Positions 39,080 through 49,884 are shown, numbered from the stretch's first letter. The stretch is DNA of 64,000 bases from Candidatus Peribacteria bacterium (GCA_041691135.1 JBEPVF010000002.1:96001-160000); one strand, 5' to 3'. Made by a program: numbers and translations. The notes: generated by a model not told the origin, from the sequence alone.

Positions 39080-40396
39080 ATGCGACTCTTCCGCGCCATC
39101 GACGGCTTCTTTTTTCGCTCCGACAGCGCCACGAGTTTCGGCCTGATGCGCGCAGTGTGGGCGGCGGCGGTGTTCTTCACCATGCTCTTGCGATCGAATA
39201 ACATCACGCGCTTCTACAGCGAAACAGGCATGTTGCCCGCCGCCGTGCAACCGCTCATCCTGCGACAGGACCATCTGTTCGGCATCCTCCAGTGGGTATC
39301 CGATCCGCAAGGTGTGTTGGCGATCTATGTCATCCTGCTCCTCAGTTGTATCGTGATGTTCTTCGGCATCTATGCACGCGCTTCGACCATCATCAGCGTG
39401 CTGCTGTTCTTCTCGTTCAACGAACGCAATCCGCTGATCCTCGGCGGCGGTGACACCGTCCTGCGCGTCGTGGGACTGCTGCTCATCATCGCGCCGAGCA
39501 TCCATGCTTTTTCGCTGCCGCGTCTGGGCAAGCAGTGGCGTCTGTGGTCGAAGAAGCGCACGTTATTGCCGCCGCTCACCATGCCGGCATGGCCGCGCAT
39601 TCTATTGCTCTGGCAACTCATCGTCCTCTACAGCACATCGCTATGGGACAAGATGTACGGCGACATGTGGTGGCAGGGCACAGCCGTCGCCGCCACGCTG
39701 CATCAAGGACAATTCTCGCGCCTGCCGTGGGACTGGGTCACGCCGTTCGTCGTCCTCTCGGCGCCGCTCACTTGGGGTACCACCCTGTTCGAAGCAATGT
39801 GGCTTCTACTCCTGATCCCACGTCCCGTCGCGCGTTTTCTGCCGTGGAAATCCCCCGCCGCACTCAAGCGGCTGCTCATCATCGGCGGCATCATCTTCCA
39901 CGGATCGATCTTCCTGTTCATGGAAGTCGGTTCCTTCTCGGGCGCCATGTTCACGGCGTACATCGGACTGATCACCCAAGAGGACATCGAAGCAATTCGC
40001 CGCTGGTGGAACAGTCCGAAGAAAAAGCGAGAGCACTCGATAGCGATTCTGTACGACGGCCACTGCGGACTATGCCAGCGCAGTGTGTTCGCCATGCAGC
40101 TCTTCGATGCATTCCATCGGATCACACCAGTGGATTATCATAATCTGGCACAGCGGCAAAAAGTCGCACCTCATCTGCGACTACAGGATCTGGATCGGGC
40201 CATGCACATCAAATTATCCGATGGTCGCATGTACCGCGGCTTCGATGCCATGCGGGTGCTGACATGGCACCTGCCAGTTTTCTGGCTGGTCGCACCTTTC
40301 CTGTATATACCTGGCATCCCCCAGCTGGGCCGCCTCTTTTACGCCCGCATCGCTGCACGCCGAATCTTGTGTAAACACGGCGATTGCCGTTTTTAA
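39080..40396 (+). CDS. HTTM-domain (SdpB/gamma-carboxylase-like) protein fused to a DCC1/DUF393 thiol-disulfide domain
   Basis: ERNP...GGD, Q...Y....K....W..G and FH HTTM motifs; C-terminal LYDGHCGLC...G.DA...Y..IA.RR. Confidence 0.82.
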   Translation: MRLFRAIDGFFFRSDSATSFGLMRAVWAAAVFFTMLLRSNNITRFYSETGMLPAAVQPLILRQDHLFGILQWVSDPQGVLAIYVILLLSCIVMFFGIYARASTIISVLLFFSFNERNPLILGGGDTVLRVVGLLLIIAPSIHAFSLPRLGKQWRLWSKKRTLLPPLTMPAWPRILLLWQLIVLYSTSLWDKMYGDMWWQGTAVAATLHQGQFSRLPWDWVTPFVVLSAPLTWGTTLFEAMWLLLLIPRPVARFLPWKSPAALKRLLIIGGIIFHGSIFLFMEVGSFSGAMFTAYIGLITQEDIEAIRRWWNSPKKKREHSIAILYDGHCGLCQRSVFAMQLFDAFHRITPVDYHNLAQRQKVAPHLRLQDLDRAMHIKLSDGRMYRGFDAMRVLTWHLPVFWLVAPFLYIPGIPQLGRLFYARIAARRILCKHGDCRF

Positions 40397-40401
40397 AGGT
40401 T

Positions 40402-40434
40402 TTCGTTGGTTCCTTCGGTTCCGTCGGTTTCCTT
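40402..40434 (-). repeat. 9-bp tandem microrepeat (ACCGAnGGA), reverse orientation
   Basis: Reverse complement reads aaggaa accgacgga accgaagga accaacgaa. Confidence 0.65.
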
Positions 40435-40484
40435 TTCAATAACCCTAGATCGACACTCCTTTTTCCGTATACTACCCCGGGCAT

Positions 40485-40559
40485 TCCCCTGTAGCTCAAT
40501 GGTAGAGCATCTCGCTGTTAACGAGAGGGTTACTGGTTCGAGTCCAGTCGGGGGAGCCA
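40485..40559 (+). tRNA. tRNA-Asn (GTT)
   Basis: Acceptor TCCCCTG/CGGGGGA, D-arm GCTC/GAGC, anticodon arm TCTCG-CTGTTAA-CGAGA, T-arm ACTGG-TTCGAGT-CCAGT, encoded CCA. Confidence 0.97.
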
Positions 40560-40615
40560 AACTTGATTTATATAAGATATATTGATTAATAACAATTTAA
40601 GACTATAGTACTGCT

Positions 40616-43600
40616 ATGGCAGACAGTTTATTGATGCTTTTGAAGCAAACTGAGGCAGCCGAAGATAATGCGCTTTTGCAGAAGGTGAGAGCCATGAACA
40701 AGTGTGCAAAGGCTGATGCCGCAGTCGCAGGAGAGATTGCTTCTTTGGCGGAAAGATTACGTGATGCAATTGATGGAGGAAAAACTAGAAGTATTCAAAC
40801 TGCAATTGCTGAAATTAGAAAAGCAACAGAACAGATTATTTTAGCAGAATCTGATACTGGAAATCGCGAACCCGCTCTACCAAAACCAACAGAACAACAT
40901 CGAAGAGAAGCAATGGGATTTCCCCCTTTACCCGAACCGCCAGATTTAACCCCTGAAATGGCTCGAGCTTTTATAAAAGCTTGTAACGGAAAGTTAAAAT
41001 CTCCTGACTCTGAGCCCCGCATTGTAAGTGTCGGAAAATTAAAGTACGAAACTACAAAAACAGGATTTCTTAGTCTCGTTGGCCGTCATACTTTTGGAAA
41101 AAGTGGCTATTGCACTGCTGCTGTTCGCTATATAGAAATTATTGCAGAAGGCAAAACACATGTAGAGGCTAAACAACTTGCCGAGAAAGAAACTATCTTA
41201 AAGCCTTCTAAACTACCGAATCCGCCACATCTTACATCCGCAATGGCTCAAGCTCTTATAGCAACTTGTGATGGTAAATTAAGTTCAAAAGATGCAAAGC
41301 CACGAACTATTGTTATAGGTGAAAAAACATTCGAAGATAAAACACGAGCAATCATTATGCGAATTGGCTATAACGTTTTTGATGATATCAAAGCGTTTGC
41401 TCTTTCAATTCGCTACATTGAACTTTTGGCATCAGGTAAAAGTCATGCCGAGGCAAAGGCTATGACGAAAAAGGAGGACAATGCCATATTTCCAGTTCTC
41501 CCTAATCCACCAGATCTTACAGCTGCAATGGCCAAAGCCATTATTACAGCTCACGATGGAAAATTGCGCTCCTATGGCAGAGAGCCAAAAGTTATTTCTG
41601 TAGATGGACAAAAATATGAAGATAACCAAATGGCTTTAATTGGCCGTGTCAGTTACCACTTATTTGGAAAAGGTGGCATCAAATGGGGCCCTTCAATTCA
41701 TTATATTGAATTACTAGCGGAGGATAAATCACATGAAGAAGCTCACGATATAGTAATGGCTGACTCTATATCAGAAGAGACTGATCATCCGTCTTTGCCT
41801 AACCCTCCTTTATTTACAACGCAAATTGCAAAAAGTCTACTCACTGCTTGTAAGCGAGAATTAAGTTCAAAGGATTCAAAAAATCGAATAATTACTATTG
41901 GCCGTCAAAAATATCAAGATTCTGTGCGTTCAATATTGAGACGTATTGGATTAAATGTTTTCAATAACTTAAATGCTTTTACTTTATCGATCAGATATAT
42001 AGAGCTTATTGCCGAGGAGAAAACACATTTTGAAGCAAAACTGCTTGCAGAGACTGGAAATGAAGCCGAAGAAGATTATGAATTTGAACAACTTTCAAAG
42101 CTCAATCTAGGAGAGGTCATTTCCTTCTTTCGCTCTCAGGAAGGTGGCGATGCAAAATTAAAAATCTATCTCATGTTTGCACGTGGCTACAACGAAACTC
42201 AGGCAAATAAAATTGTGACTACTACCTTTAAAGCTTTGTATGGCTCAGGCTTGTACCGCAAAGAAGATGAATATCTCACATGGCCCGTCGATATGCCTCA
42301 GCCAAAACTATCTGTTGCTATTCCTCTTCAAACAGAAGGAACAACTATTACTCTGGCAGGTATTGCTCCTGAGTCTGAATGCGTTTTTATAAGTGGTCCT
42401 ATTAACTGTCGGAAGAAAATAGAGCCCGATGGTACGTTTAGTCTTCCTGTACCCTTGGCCATTGGCGAAACAAATGAGATTCGCATTATGAGCATTGATC
42501 GAACAAATAAGAGACGAAGTATGCAGAAAACTTTTGTCATCACTCAAGAAGGAGAAGTGGATGATACGGAAGAGCTCATTCGCTTACTAAGTGAACTGGG
42601 CGGACAATTGACGAAGCAAATACGCGAAGATCCGGGTAGACAGGAGTTCTTAGCCGAATGCATGGAACGGTTGCTCATTAAGAAGTTCAGCAAATCCTTT
42701 GAGGATGGTAAGCGATATACCCAAGAGCAACTTACAAAGGTCAAGCATCCTGAGCTGAAAAACATTATTCGGCGCGTTCTCGAGAACTTCCGCTGGATTG
42801 AAGAAATGAGTTTCCCGAATGTTCAAGAAGGTGAACTCATGTTCTTTCAAAAGTACTGCGTATATCGATTGCGCAAAGCGATCGATGATCCGCGTATGGA
42901 AGGTATCAATCTATGTAACGATCCGGGCCTCGGTAAGACACGCACAATCCTTGCAGCTGTTGCAGATCAAGATGCATCAATCTTCACGCACAACGCAGTG
43001 GTGAGCACGTGGAAAGAGGAAGCAGAAAAAGTATTGATCGATCCGGATCTGCTAGTTCTGAGAGATGATCATAAAGACAGGAAGAGACAGCTACGCGGCA
43101 GCCTTCATGAACGACGAGTAACAAATGTAGAGTTTTTGCGCAAAGTCGAAGACAAAGAAAGATTCGGATTAATCAGTTCTGATCAAACTGTTGTAGTGCA
43201 TGACGAAGCGCATAGTCGTAAGAATGAACATAGCGAGCAAAGCAAAGGAGCAAAAATGTTGCCTCACCGCTTTGTCATCAATGTGACCGCAACTCTTGCC
43301 CGTAATCCAACAGAATTGCGGCGCATGTTGCACACTGTTGATCCTGAAAGAAAAGAATTCAAATCCGATGAAGCATTCCGCAGAGCATTCCCTATGAGAG
43401 ACGCGCGGGCTGCCAGACAGTTAAAGTTAATCTTAGATCAATACACGATTCGTTTCCGTAAGCATGAAGTGTTGGAGGAAATTGATCCGAAGTTACCTTT
43501 AGAAGATCAACTACATCGCCTTCCACGCAAAGAACATATTTCGCCAAAAGTAATTGGTAACTTTGAGATGACCGAAGAGCAGGCGGATTCCATTTATCAA

Positions 43601-44587
43601 ATGTTCGTCAATTGGCCAGCATGGACCAAAAAGTATGGCAAATATATTCCGAAAGATGACGTGCATCAGGAAGATGGACTGCGCACCAATAGTAGAGAAG
43701 GGTTTGCGAAAATTCATGCCTATAGGCAAGTCATCAATAATCCAGGTTTCGCGGGCGTGCAAACAAATGAGGATCCAAAGGCATGGCAGATGCAACGGAT
43801 TGTTCGCAAGTGCTTTGTAGAAAATAGGAAGGTTGTGATCTTCTGTAAATATCAGGCGCAAGCAGAAAAGTATGCAGAGCTTTTCCGAAAATATAAGCCT
43901 GCTTTATACACAGGCCAAACGTCGAAAAAAGGAACTATCAGAAATCAAAGAACAGGAAAGCCAGCATGCTTTTCCAATGAGTTTGATGAAAACGGCTATC
44001 CCATCGAAGATGCGGAAGGCGCAGAAATGAGCCATTTGGATTATGAAAGGCGGACGTTCCAAAATGCTAATGAGCGTAAAATAATTATTGCTACATATTC
44101 GGCTGGATCCGTCGGAACCACTTTCACGGCAGGTAAGGTTATTATTTACGATGATCTCCCAACTGATTGTAAAGAAGACATTCAAGCTGAAGATCGTATT
44201 CACCGTATTGATCCAAATCGTCAGACTCACGCCACGGTTCAGTATTATCAAATGCAAAGCCGCTACCCAAGAAGTTTTCTTGAACGAATGAAAACCAAGT
44301 GGGTTCGACGCAACCGTGTCACTGGTACATGGGATGAATATAAAGGGAAATCCAGACCGAAGGATGACGATCTTAACAATCCTTGGTTCACTGCTCATGA
44401 AGCTTTTTTTGAGCAAGGAACGTATGACAAAGTTCAAAGTAGAAATCTAAAGGGGCAACGCACTATGTTCCACCTAATTAATGACGGGATTGCCGATGAA
44501 TCAACTCTCAGTGAAAATGATATTCAATTTAGCCTCTTCGCTGATGAAATTGAGAGAACTGGAACGCTAACGCCAAAGAAGAAATAG
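40616..44587 (+). CDS. SNF2-family (SF2) ATPase with 4 N-terminal ~95-aa repeats and an Ig-like domain
   Basis: Motif I NDPGLGKT, II HDEAH, III TAT, IV KVVIFC, V AGSVGTTF, VI QAEDRIHRI; repeats start at about 40928, 41213, 41498 and 41795. Confidence 0.88.
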   Translation: MADSLLMLLKQTEAAEDNALLQKVRAMNKCAKADAAVAGEIASLAERLRDAIDGGKTRSIQTAIAEIRKATEQIILAESDTGNREPALPKPTEQHRREAMGFPPLPEPPDLTPEMARAFIKACNGKLKSPDSEPRIVSVGKLKYETTKTGFLSLVGRHTFGKSGYCTAAVRYIEIIAEGKTHVEAKQLAEKETILKPSKLPNPPHLTSAMAQALIATCDGKLSSKDAKPRTIVIGEKTFEDKTRAIIMRIGYNVFDDIKAFALSIRYIELLASGKSHAEAKAMTKKEDNAIFPVLPNPPDLTAAMAKAIITAHDGKLRSYGREPKVISVDGQKYEDNQMALIGRVSYHLFGKGGIKWGPSIHYIELLAEDKSHEEAHDIVMADSISEETDHPSLPNPPLFTTQIAKSLLTACKRELSSKDSKNRIITIGRQKYQDSVRSILRRIGLNVFNNLNAFTLSIRYIELIAEEKTHFEAKLLAETGNEAEEDYEFEQLSKLNLGEVISFFRSQEGGDAKLKIYLMFARGYNETQANKIVTTTFKALYGSGLYRKEDEYLTWPVDMPQPKLSVAIPLQTEGTTITLAGIAPESECVFISGPINCRKKIEPDGTFSLPVPLAIGETNEIRIMSIDRTNKRRSMQKTFVITQEGEVDDTEELIRLLSELGGQLTKQIREDPGRQEFLAECMERLLIKKFSKSFEDGKRYTQEQLTKVKHPELKNIIRRVLENFRWIEEMSFPNVQEGELMFFQKYCVYRLRKAIDDPRMEGINLCNDPGLGKTRTILAAVADQDASIFTHNAVVSTWKEEAEKVLIDPDLLVLRDDHKDRKRQLRGSLHERRVTNVEFLRKVEDKERFGLISSDQTVVVHDEAHSRKNEHSEQSKGAKMLPHRFVINVTATLARNPTELRRMLHTVDPERKEFKSDEAFRRAFPMRDARAARQLKLILDQYTIRFRKHEVLEEIDPKLPLEDQLHRLPRKEHISPKVIGNFEMTEEQADSIYQMFVNWPAWTKKYGKYIPKDDVHQEDGLRTNSREGFAKIHAYRQVINNPGFAGVQTNEDPKAWQMQRIVRKCFVENRKVVIFCKYQAQAEKYAELFRKYKPALYTGQTSKKGTIRNQRTGKPACFSNEFDENGYPIEDAEGAEMSHLDYERRTFQNANERKIIIATYSAGSVGTTFTAGKVIIYDDLPTDCKEDIQAEDRIHRIDPNRQTHATVQYYQMQSRYPRSFLERMKTKWVRRNRVTGTWDEYKGKSRPKDDDLNNPWFTAHEAFFEQGTYDKVQSRNLKGQRTMFHLINDGIADESTLSENDIQFSLFADEIERTGTLTPKKK

Positions 44588-44781
44588 ATACGACTTCACC
44601 ATGGCACTCGCATGTCATTTTTAACAAAACCGATCAATCTACAATCGCTTAAAACCCCTTCTGAAAGAGAGAAAACGCCAGCTCCATCCGCCTCCAAGTA
44701 TCAGTAATCTCGGTTCGTACTTCGTACAGAGATGAGAGCCACTTATTGACTTAATCAAAATTTAATTTAAAATATACAAAC

Positions 44782-47700
44782 ATGAAAAAAAATGTCCCTC
44801 CAGAAGGCAATTCAGAACCAATTCCTATTGAACAGGAATTACTTACTCCAGACTTTATCCATGCCATCGAAACGAGCACAGGGAAAAAAATTCAAGGAAT
44901 GACAACAGTTGATGCGACAAAATTTGAATTAATATTTGGAAGCGAGAAATTTGTGGATTCGGTTAGTAATTTTTTTCGTAGATTAGCTAGAAAACTTTTC
45001 TCTGATGGCAGCGCAGAAATGGCAAGAACATACTTAACACTTGTACGCGACGGTTTAGATCCAGCGATCGCTATTAAACAAATCCGTGAGCGACCTGAGA
45101 CGCATAGTACAAGAAAAGCAATTGAGAAAACCTTAAAAGGAAAAACAATACCTCCTGATCCTGCTTCATTTACGCCTAATGTCCTGCAGCAGGCCGAAGA
45201 TCAAATAGGCTTGTCCATAGCAGAAATAAGCGTAAGAGACAGCACTGAATTTACAGTCCAGATTGGCACTGCAATCTATACAGATAGGCCAAGTAGTCTC
45301 TTCCAAAGAATTGCAGGCGCTTTTTTTGAATCTCGCAAAGAATGTGCAAAAGCCAAGCACTATCTTGTTGAAAGAAAAAAAGGAAAGTCACATGAGGAAG
45401 CACTCGCCACAATTACAATTCAGGACCAGGAAAAGCCAAAGACCTTCCCAACAAATCCATCAGAAATAAGCGTGCCACTCATCATTGCTATCGAAGAAAG
45501 GTTGGGGAAGATTGAAAATATTAGAGTTGATGATACCACTGAGTTGGAAATTGTTTTAGAGGGACAAGTATATAAAGATAAATTTAATTTATTTTTGCAG
45601 AGGCTCTCGCGAAAGTTGTTTTCGACTCACCTTCAATTTGCTCGGACAAAACAATACTTGGTACTAATCAGAGATGGCCAAGCTCCAATAATAGAAACAG
45701 ATGCAAAGACAGGTCGTAGCGAAGCAGAACCGAAAAGAGGAATTCCTGTTGATAGCAAAGTATTTACTACACATTTTATTTCAGAACTTGAAATTGCAAT
45801 AGGTAAAACAATAGAAGATCTCGATGTAACAGATAACATAGATATTATTATCCGTATAGATGACGAACTGTGTACTGACAAAGTAAACAATTTCCTTTCG
45901 AGGATAAGCGCACAATTTTTTGGAGTGAGGACTCAAGGCCTAAAAGCCAAAAGATATTTGGTCCGCAGGAAAATGGGTGATTCTCATCAGGAAGCGTTGG
46001 AACAAGCTCAAACAGTCCTTCAACCTATTCCTATTACCCCAAACTTTATTTCAGTGGATCTTGTGCGCGCCATTGAAACAGTTTGTCAAAAATCTATTGA
46101 TGAAATGAGCAGTGAGGATAATGCCTATTTTATTGTCACCGTTGGAGCCCAAGAATACAAAGATACACCGATGAATATTTTTACTAGGATTGCCAGAAAG
46201 TTTTTCGGAAGTCAAGAAAGAGATAAAGGCAGAAAATATCTAAAATTTCGTAAAGAGGGCTTAGAGCACGATTTGGCCATTGAAGCTGCTACAAATAGCG
46301 ATGATGCCCACATAGAAATTGGACTTGAACGTTTAGAAAAATTGCAATTGGAGGATGCTATTGCCCTCTTTCAGAACGACCCTCTAAAACTGAGATTGTA
46401 CATTCAGTTCGCCCACCCAGAGCTTTCAGAAGAAGAAATAGATCGCCTCGTTATGCACTCGTTCCGGGGTCTTATCTGTGTAACCACCATAACAAAGGAA
46501 GAAGAATATCTGACCTATGATGTTAAATTACCAAAAATAAGAATTGAAGGGACTCCAGAAGAGACAATGGAAGAAGCTATCACTATTACAGGACGCGCAC
46601 CTAAGGCTGATGCCGTCTACATTGCAGGTGTGTGGAACAGGCGAGTGAAAGTTTCTGATGATGGAACTTTTAGCGTCCGTGTTCCTTTGAAAATCGGTCA
46701 AGAGAATGAAATTCGGATTATGGCCATTAATCGTGAAAAGAAAATTCGAAGTGATAGACATATTTTCATTGTTGAGCAGAAAGGAGAGCCGGATGATATA
46801 GAGGCTCTTATTCGCACACTTTGCGGACTCGGACGCGATACCCTCGCAGCAATCCGCCGCGACCCTGGACGACAAGAACTTCTCGTGGAATACACCGAGC
46901 AATTCCTTATCAAAAAATTCACTCACTCATTTAAGGAAGGAGTACGTTATGTAGAACAACTAATAAAACAGAATCCTACGCCAGCTATTCAATCTATCCT
47001 TCGAACAGTTCTTGCCAATTTTAGAAAAATTCAAACTGCCGAGTATCCCAACATCCGTCCAGAGAGCCCAATGTACTTCTTCCAAAAGTTCTGCGAGGCG
47101 CGGATACAGAAGGCGATCGACGCTGGAGAGCCAGGTATCATTCTCGCTAATGACCCTGGGCTTGGAAAAACCAGAAACGCATGGGCTGCCGTCGACCGCC
47201 ATAAGGCTCTTATTGTTGCACCTAATAGCGTTGTGAGTCCATGGGGCGAGGAAGCGGCTAAGTTTTTAAAGCGATCAGATATCCTCACGCTCCAGAACTT
47301 GCCCTATCCTGAACGAGAGGAACTATTGCGCACAAGCAATGCACGCCATCGGGTTACCAATATTGAATTCGTGCGAGACGTTGAGAATGATGAGCGCTTC
47401 AATCTCCTGTCAGATGAAGATACTGTTATTGTTCACGATGAAGCGCATAGTAGAACGAACCTCAAAAGCCAGCAGACAAGAGGCATGCGCAAGCTGCGAG
47501 GGAAGTTTCTATTACTTCTTACTGCAACACCCGCAAAGAACTCCAAGACATTCCGGCGCATGATGCACAGTGTAGAGCCGGATAATCCTGTTTATACAAA
47601 TGATGCCGCTTTTGAGCGAGCTTTCCCTACTCGAGATCCGCAAGCACTACGAACTCTTAGTCTCATTAAGAGGAAGAGAACCATTCGTTTCCGCAAGCAG

Positions 47701-48776
47701 GACGTGCTGGAAGAAATGGACGCCTCAAAGCCGCTTTCCGAACAACTCAACAGATTGCCAAGAAAAGAATTTGTACCGCCCCAAGAGCTAGGAGAGTTTA
47801 CGATGCATGAGCAACAAGCATGGGCAATTTATGAAATGTTCCTCAACTGGGACGAATGGTCAGAAAAATATAATAAGTACTCTTGCCGAAAGATGAAGTT
47901 GCCAGGGCGGATAAGCTACGCAAAGGCGATGGTTTTTCCAAGAAACATGCGCTTCGACAAATTGTAAATAATCCCGACTATATTGGTTTGCCAGAGTTAA
48001 AAGACAGGAAAGCAGCAGCAGCGAAGCGCGCAGTTAAAGAGTCGCTTAGCGAGAACAGGCCGGTTGTCATCTTTTGCAAATACAACGCACAGGCAAAAAA
48101 GTATGCTGAGATGTTCGCACAGTATAATCCTGCCATTTACACTGGTATGACAAGCGATGAAGGCGTGAAGCGCAATGAGCGCAGGAAACCTATTCGCTAT
48201 CGGAAGAATGAGGAGGGAGGTTGGGAATTTGATGAAAAAGGTTATCCAATTGAAGATCCAAAAGGTCAGCCGATGCTTGCGCTCGACTACGAACGTTTGA
48301 CCTTTCAGCATGCAGCAGATAGAAAAGTTATTATTGCAACCTACTCAGCTGGTGCAGTCGGCACCACGTTCACCAAAGGAAAAACCGTCATCGAAGATGA
48401 TCTAGCAGAAGATTGCATTGAGGAAATTCAGATGGAAGACAGAACGCACCGTATCGACCATGAGCATCAGACACATCACACTGTAAAGTATTATAAGATG
48501 ATAAGTAGGTATCCAAAAAAGTTTCTCGCAGAGATGGAAAGGCGATGGGTTCGCCGGACACCAAATGGTTGGTACGAAGAAGTATTTGATCGAGAGACTG
48601 CCGAAGAAGAAGGATTATCTACTGCTTTTGAAACATTTTTCGAACAGGGCACATACGACGAGGTGAAAATAAAAAACCTCCAAGTTCAAAGGCATATGTT
48701 TCACCTCGTGAATGATGGCATTGCCGATGATAATATTCTTAATGAGGGACAGCTGCCTTTCCAGGGAATTGACTAA
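44782..48776 (+). CDS. Paralogous repeat/Ig/SNF2 ATPase with 5 N-terminal repeats, split by a frameshift near 47881
   Basis: NDPGLGKT, HDEAH and TATP in ORF 44782-47967; VVIFC and QMEDRTHRI in ORF 47883-48776; the joined product is collinear with 40616-44587. Confidence 0.85.
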
Positions 48777-48778
48777 GT

Positions 48779-49727
48779 ATGGCAACAAGAAAGATCCACC
48801 AGCGGGAAAAACCAAACGCAGATGCGGCGTCACTCATTCATACTTGGCTATCACAATATAATCAGGAAAATACACGCAAAGCATACGAAGCGGATTTTGC
48901 ACAGCTTGCAATATTTACTGGATACGTTGGAGACATGATGAATGGGATCCTTCAGATCACACCAAGCGAGGTCATTGCCTGGATTGACCATCTTAAAGAA
49001 TGTAAAACTTCAGAAGCTTCTATTGCACGAAAGCTTTCCTGCGTACGGTCTTTTTTGATCATGTCGTGAGAGCGGAGTCCGCGAAGTGAACCCGGCCAGT
49101 AGCCATTTCATCGAATGCTCCTATTCAAAGAAAGTCATTAAGACACAGGCAATGACAGCAGAGATGTGCAGAAAACTCCTCGATGCACCAAGCCTAGAAA
49201 CACCTATTGGCATTCGTGATCGAGCCATTATAGGAATGTTTGCCTATACGGCATGCAAACTCTCTGAGCTCATTGGTATGAACGTGGGTGATTACAAAAA
49301 GAAAGAAGAGTCACAGATCGCGATCCGTCGCACAGTCAATACTGAGCGAGAACGGTTAGTTGGATTACATGAAGAAGCAACTGGCAGGCTAGAAGAATGG
49401 ATTGATGTAGCAGACATCGGCTCTGATAAAAATGGCCCCCTCTTCCGACCGAGTGAACATTTCCGCCACGTGCACAAGGGATTTATTCGAAAGAGAATGT
49501 CACGCGTGCCACTTCTTCTTATGCTCAAGAAGTACGGCGGTGAAACCGGGGTGCCAAATATTACATCGCAAATGTTCCGTGTCTCTGCTTTGCAGATGGC
49601 AATGAAGCAAAATATCGATCTTCTTACATTGCAAGAATTTGCTGGTCATGCGGATGTGGATTCTACAGAATCGTATGTAAAAGATTCAGCGAGGAGAGAA
49701 AGTCCATCGAAGAAAATCCAGTATTAA
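48779..49727 (+). pseudogene. XerC/D-like tyrosine recombinase, frameshifted, with altered catalytic motifs
   Basis: NTRKAY, SIARKLSCVRSF, NPA, RDRAI, GPLFR, AGHADVDSTESY; broken between about 49050 and 49085. Confidence 0.82.
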
Positions 49728-49884
49728 AGTGCATTAGGCAATCATAGATCCTCGTATGAACTCAGGTTACGTAAAACGTACATTTTTTACAGCCAAATAC
49801 ACTGTCCGCAGATCTAGAAGGAGCCAGGGCGGGGAGCCAAAATTTGCTTATTAAAGCCCTTTGAAATATTTACCTACTCGGCTT

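Larger units (their letters stand above)
40560..49842 (+). mobile_element. Putative tRNA-Asn-integrated island (two SNF2 ATPases plus a tyrosine recombinase)
   Basis: Abrupt shift to AT-rich sequence after the tRNA; recombinase gene; GGGGAGCCAAA of the tRNA end is repeated at 49831-49841. Confidence 0.65.

Noticed and set aside
47870-47895. Programmed ribosomal frameshift in ATPase 2
   Set aside because: No X XXY YYZ slippery heptamer or obvious stimulatory structure at the junction; the paralog is uninterrupted.
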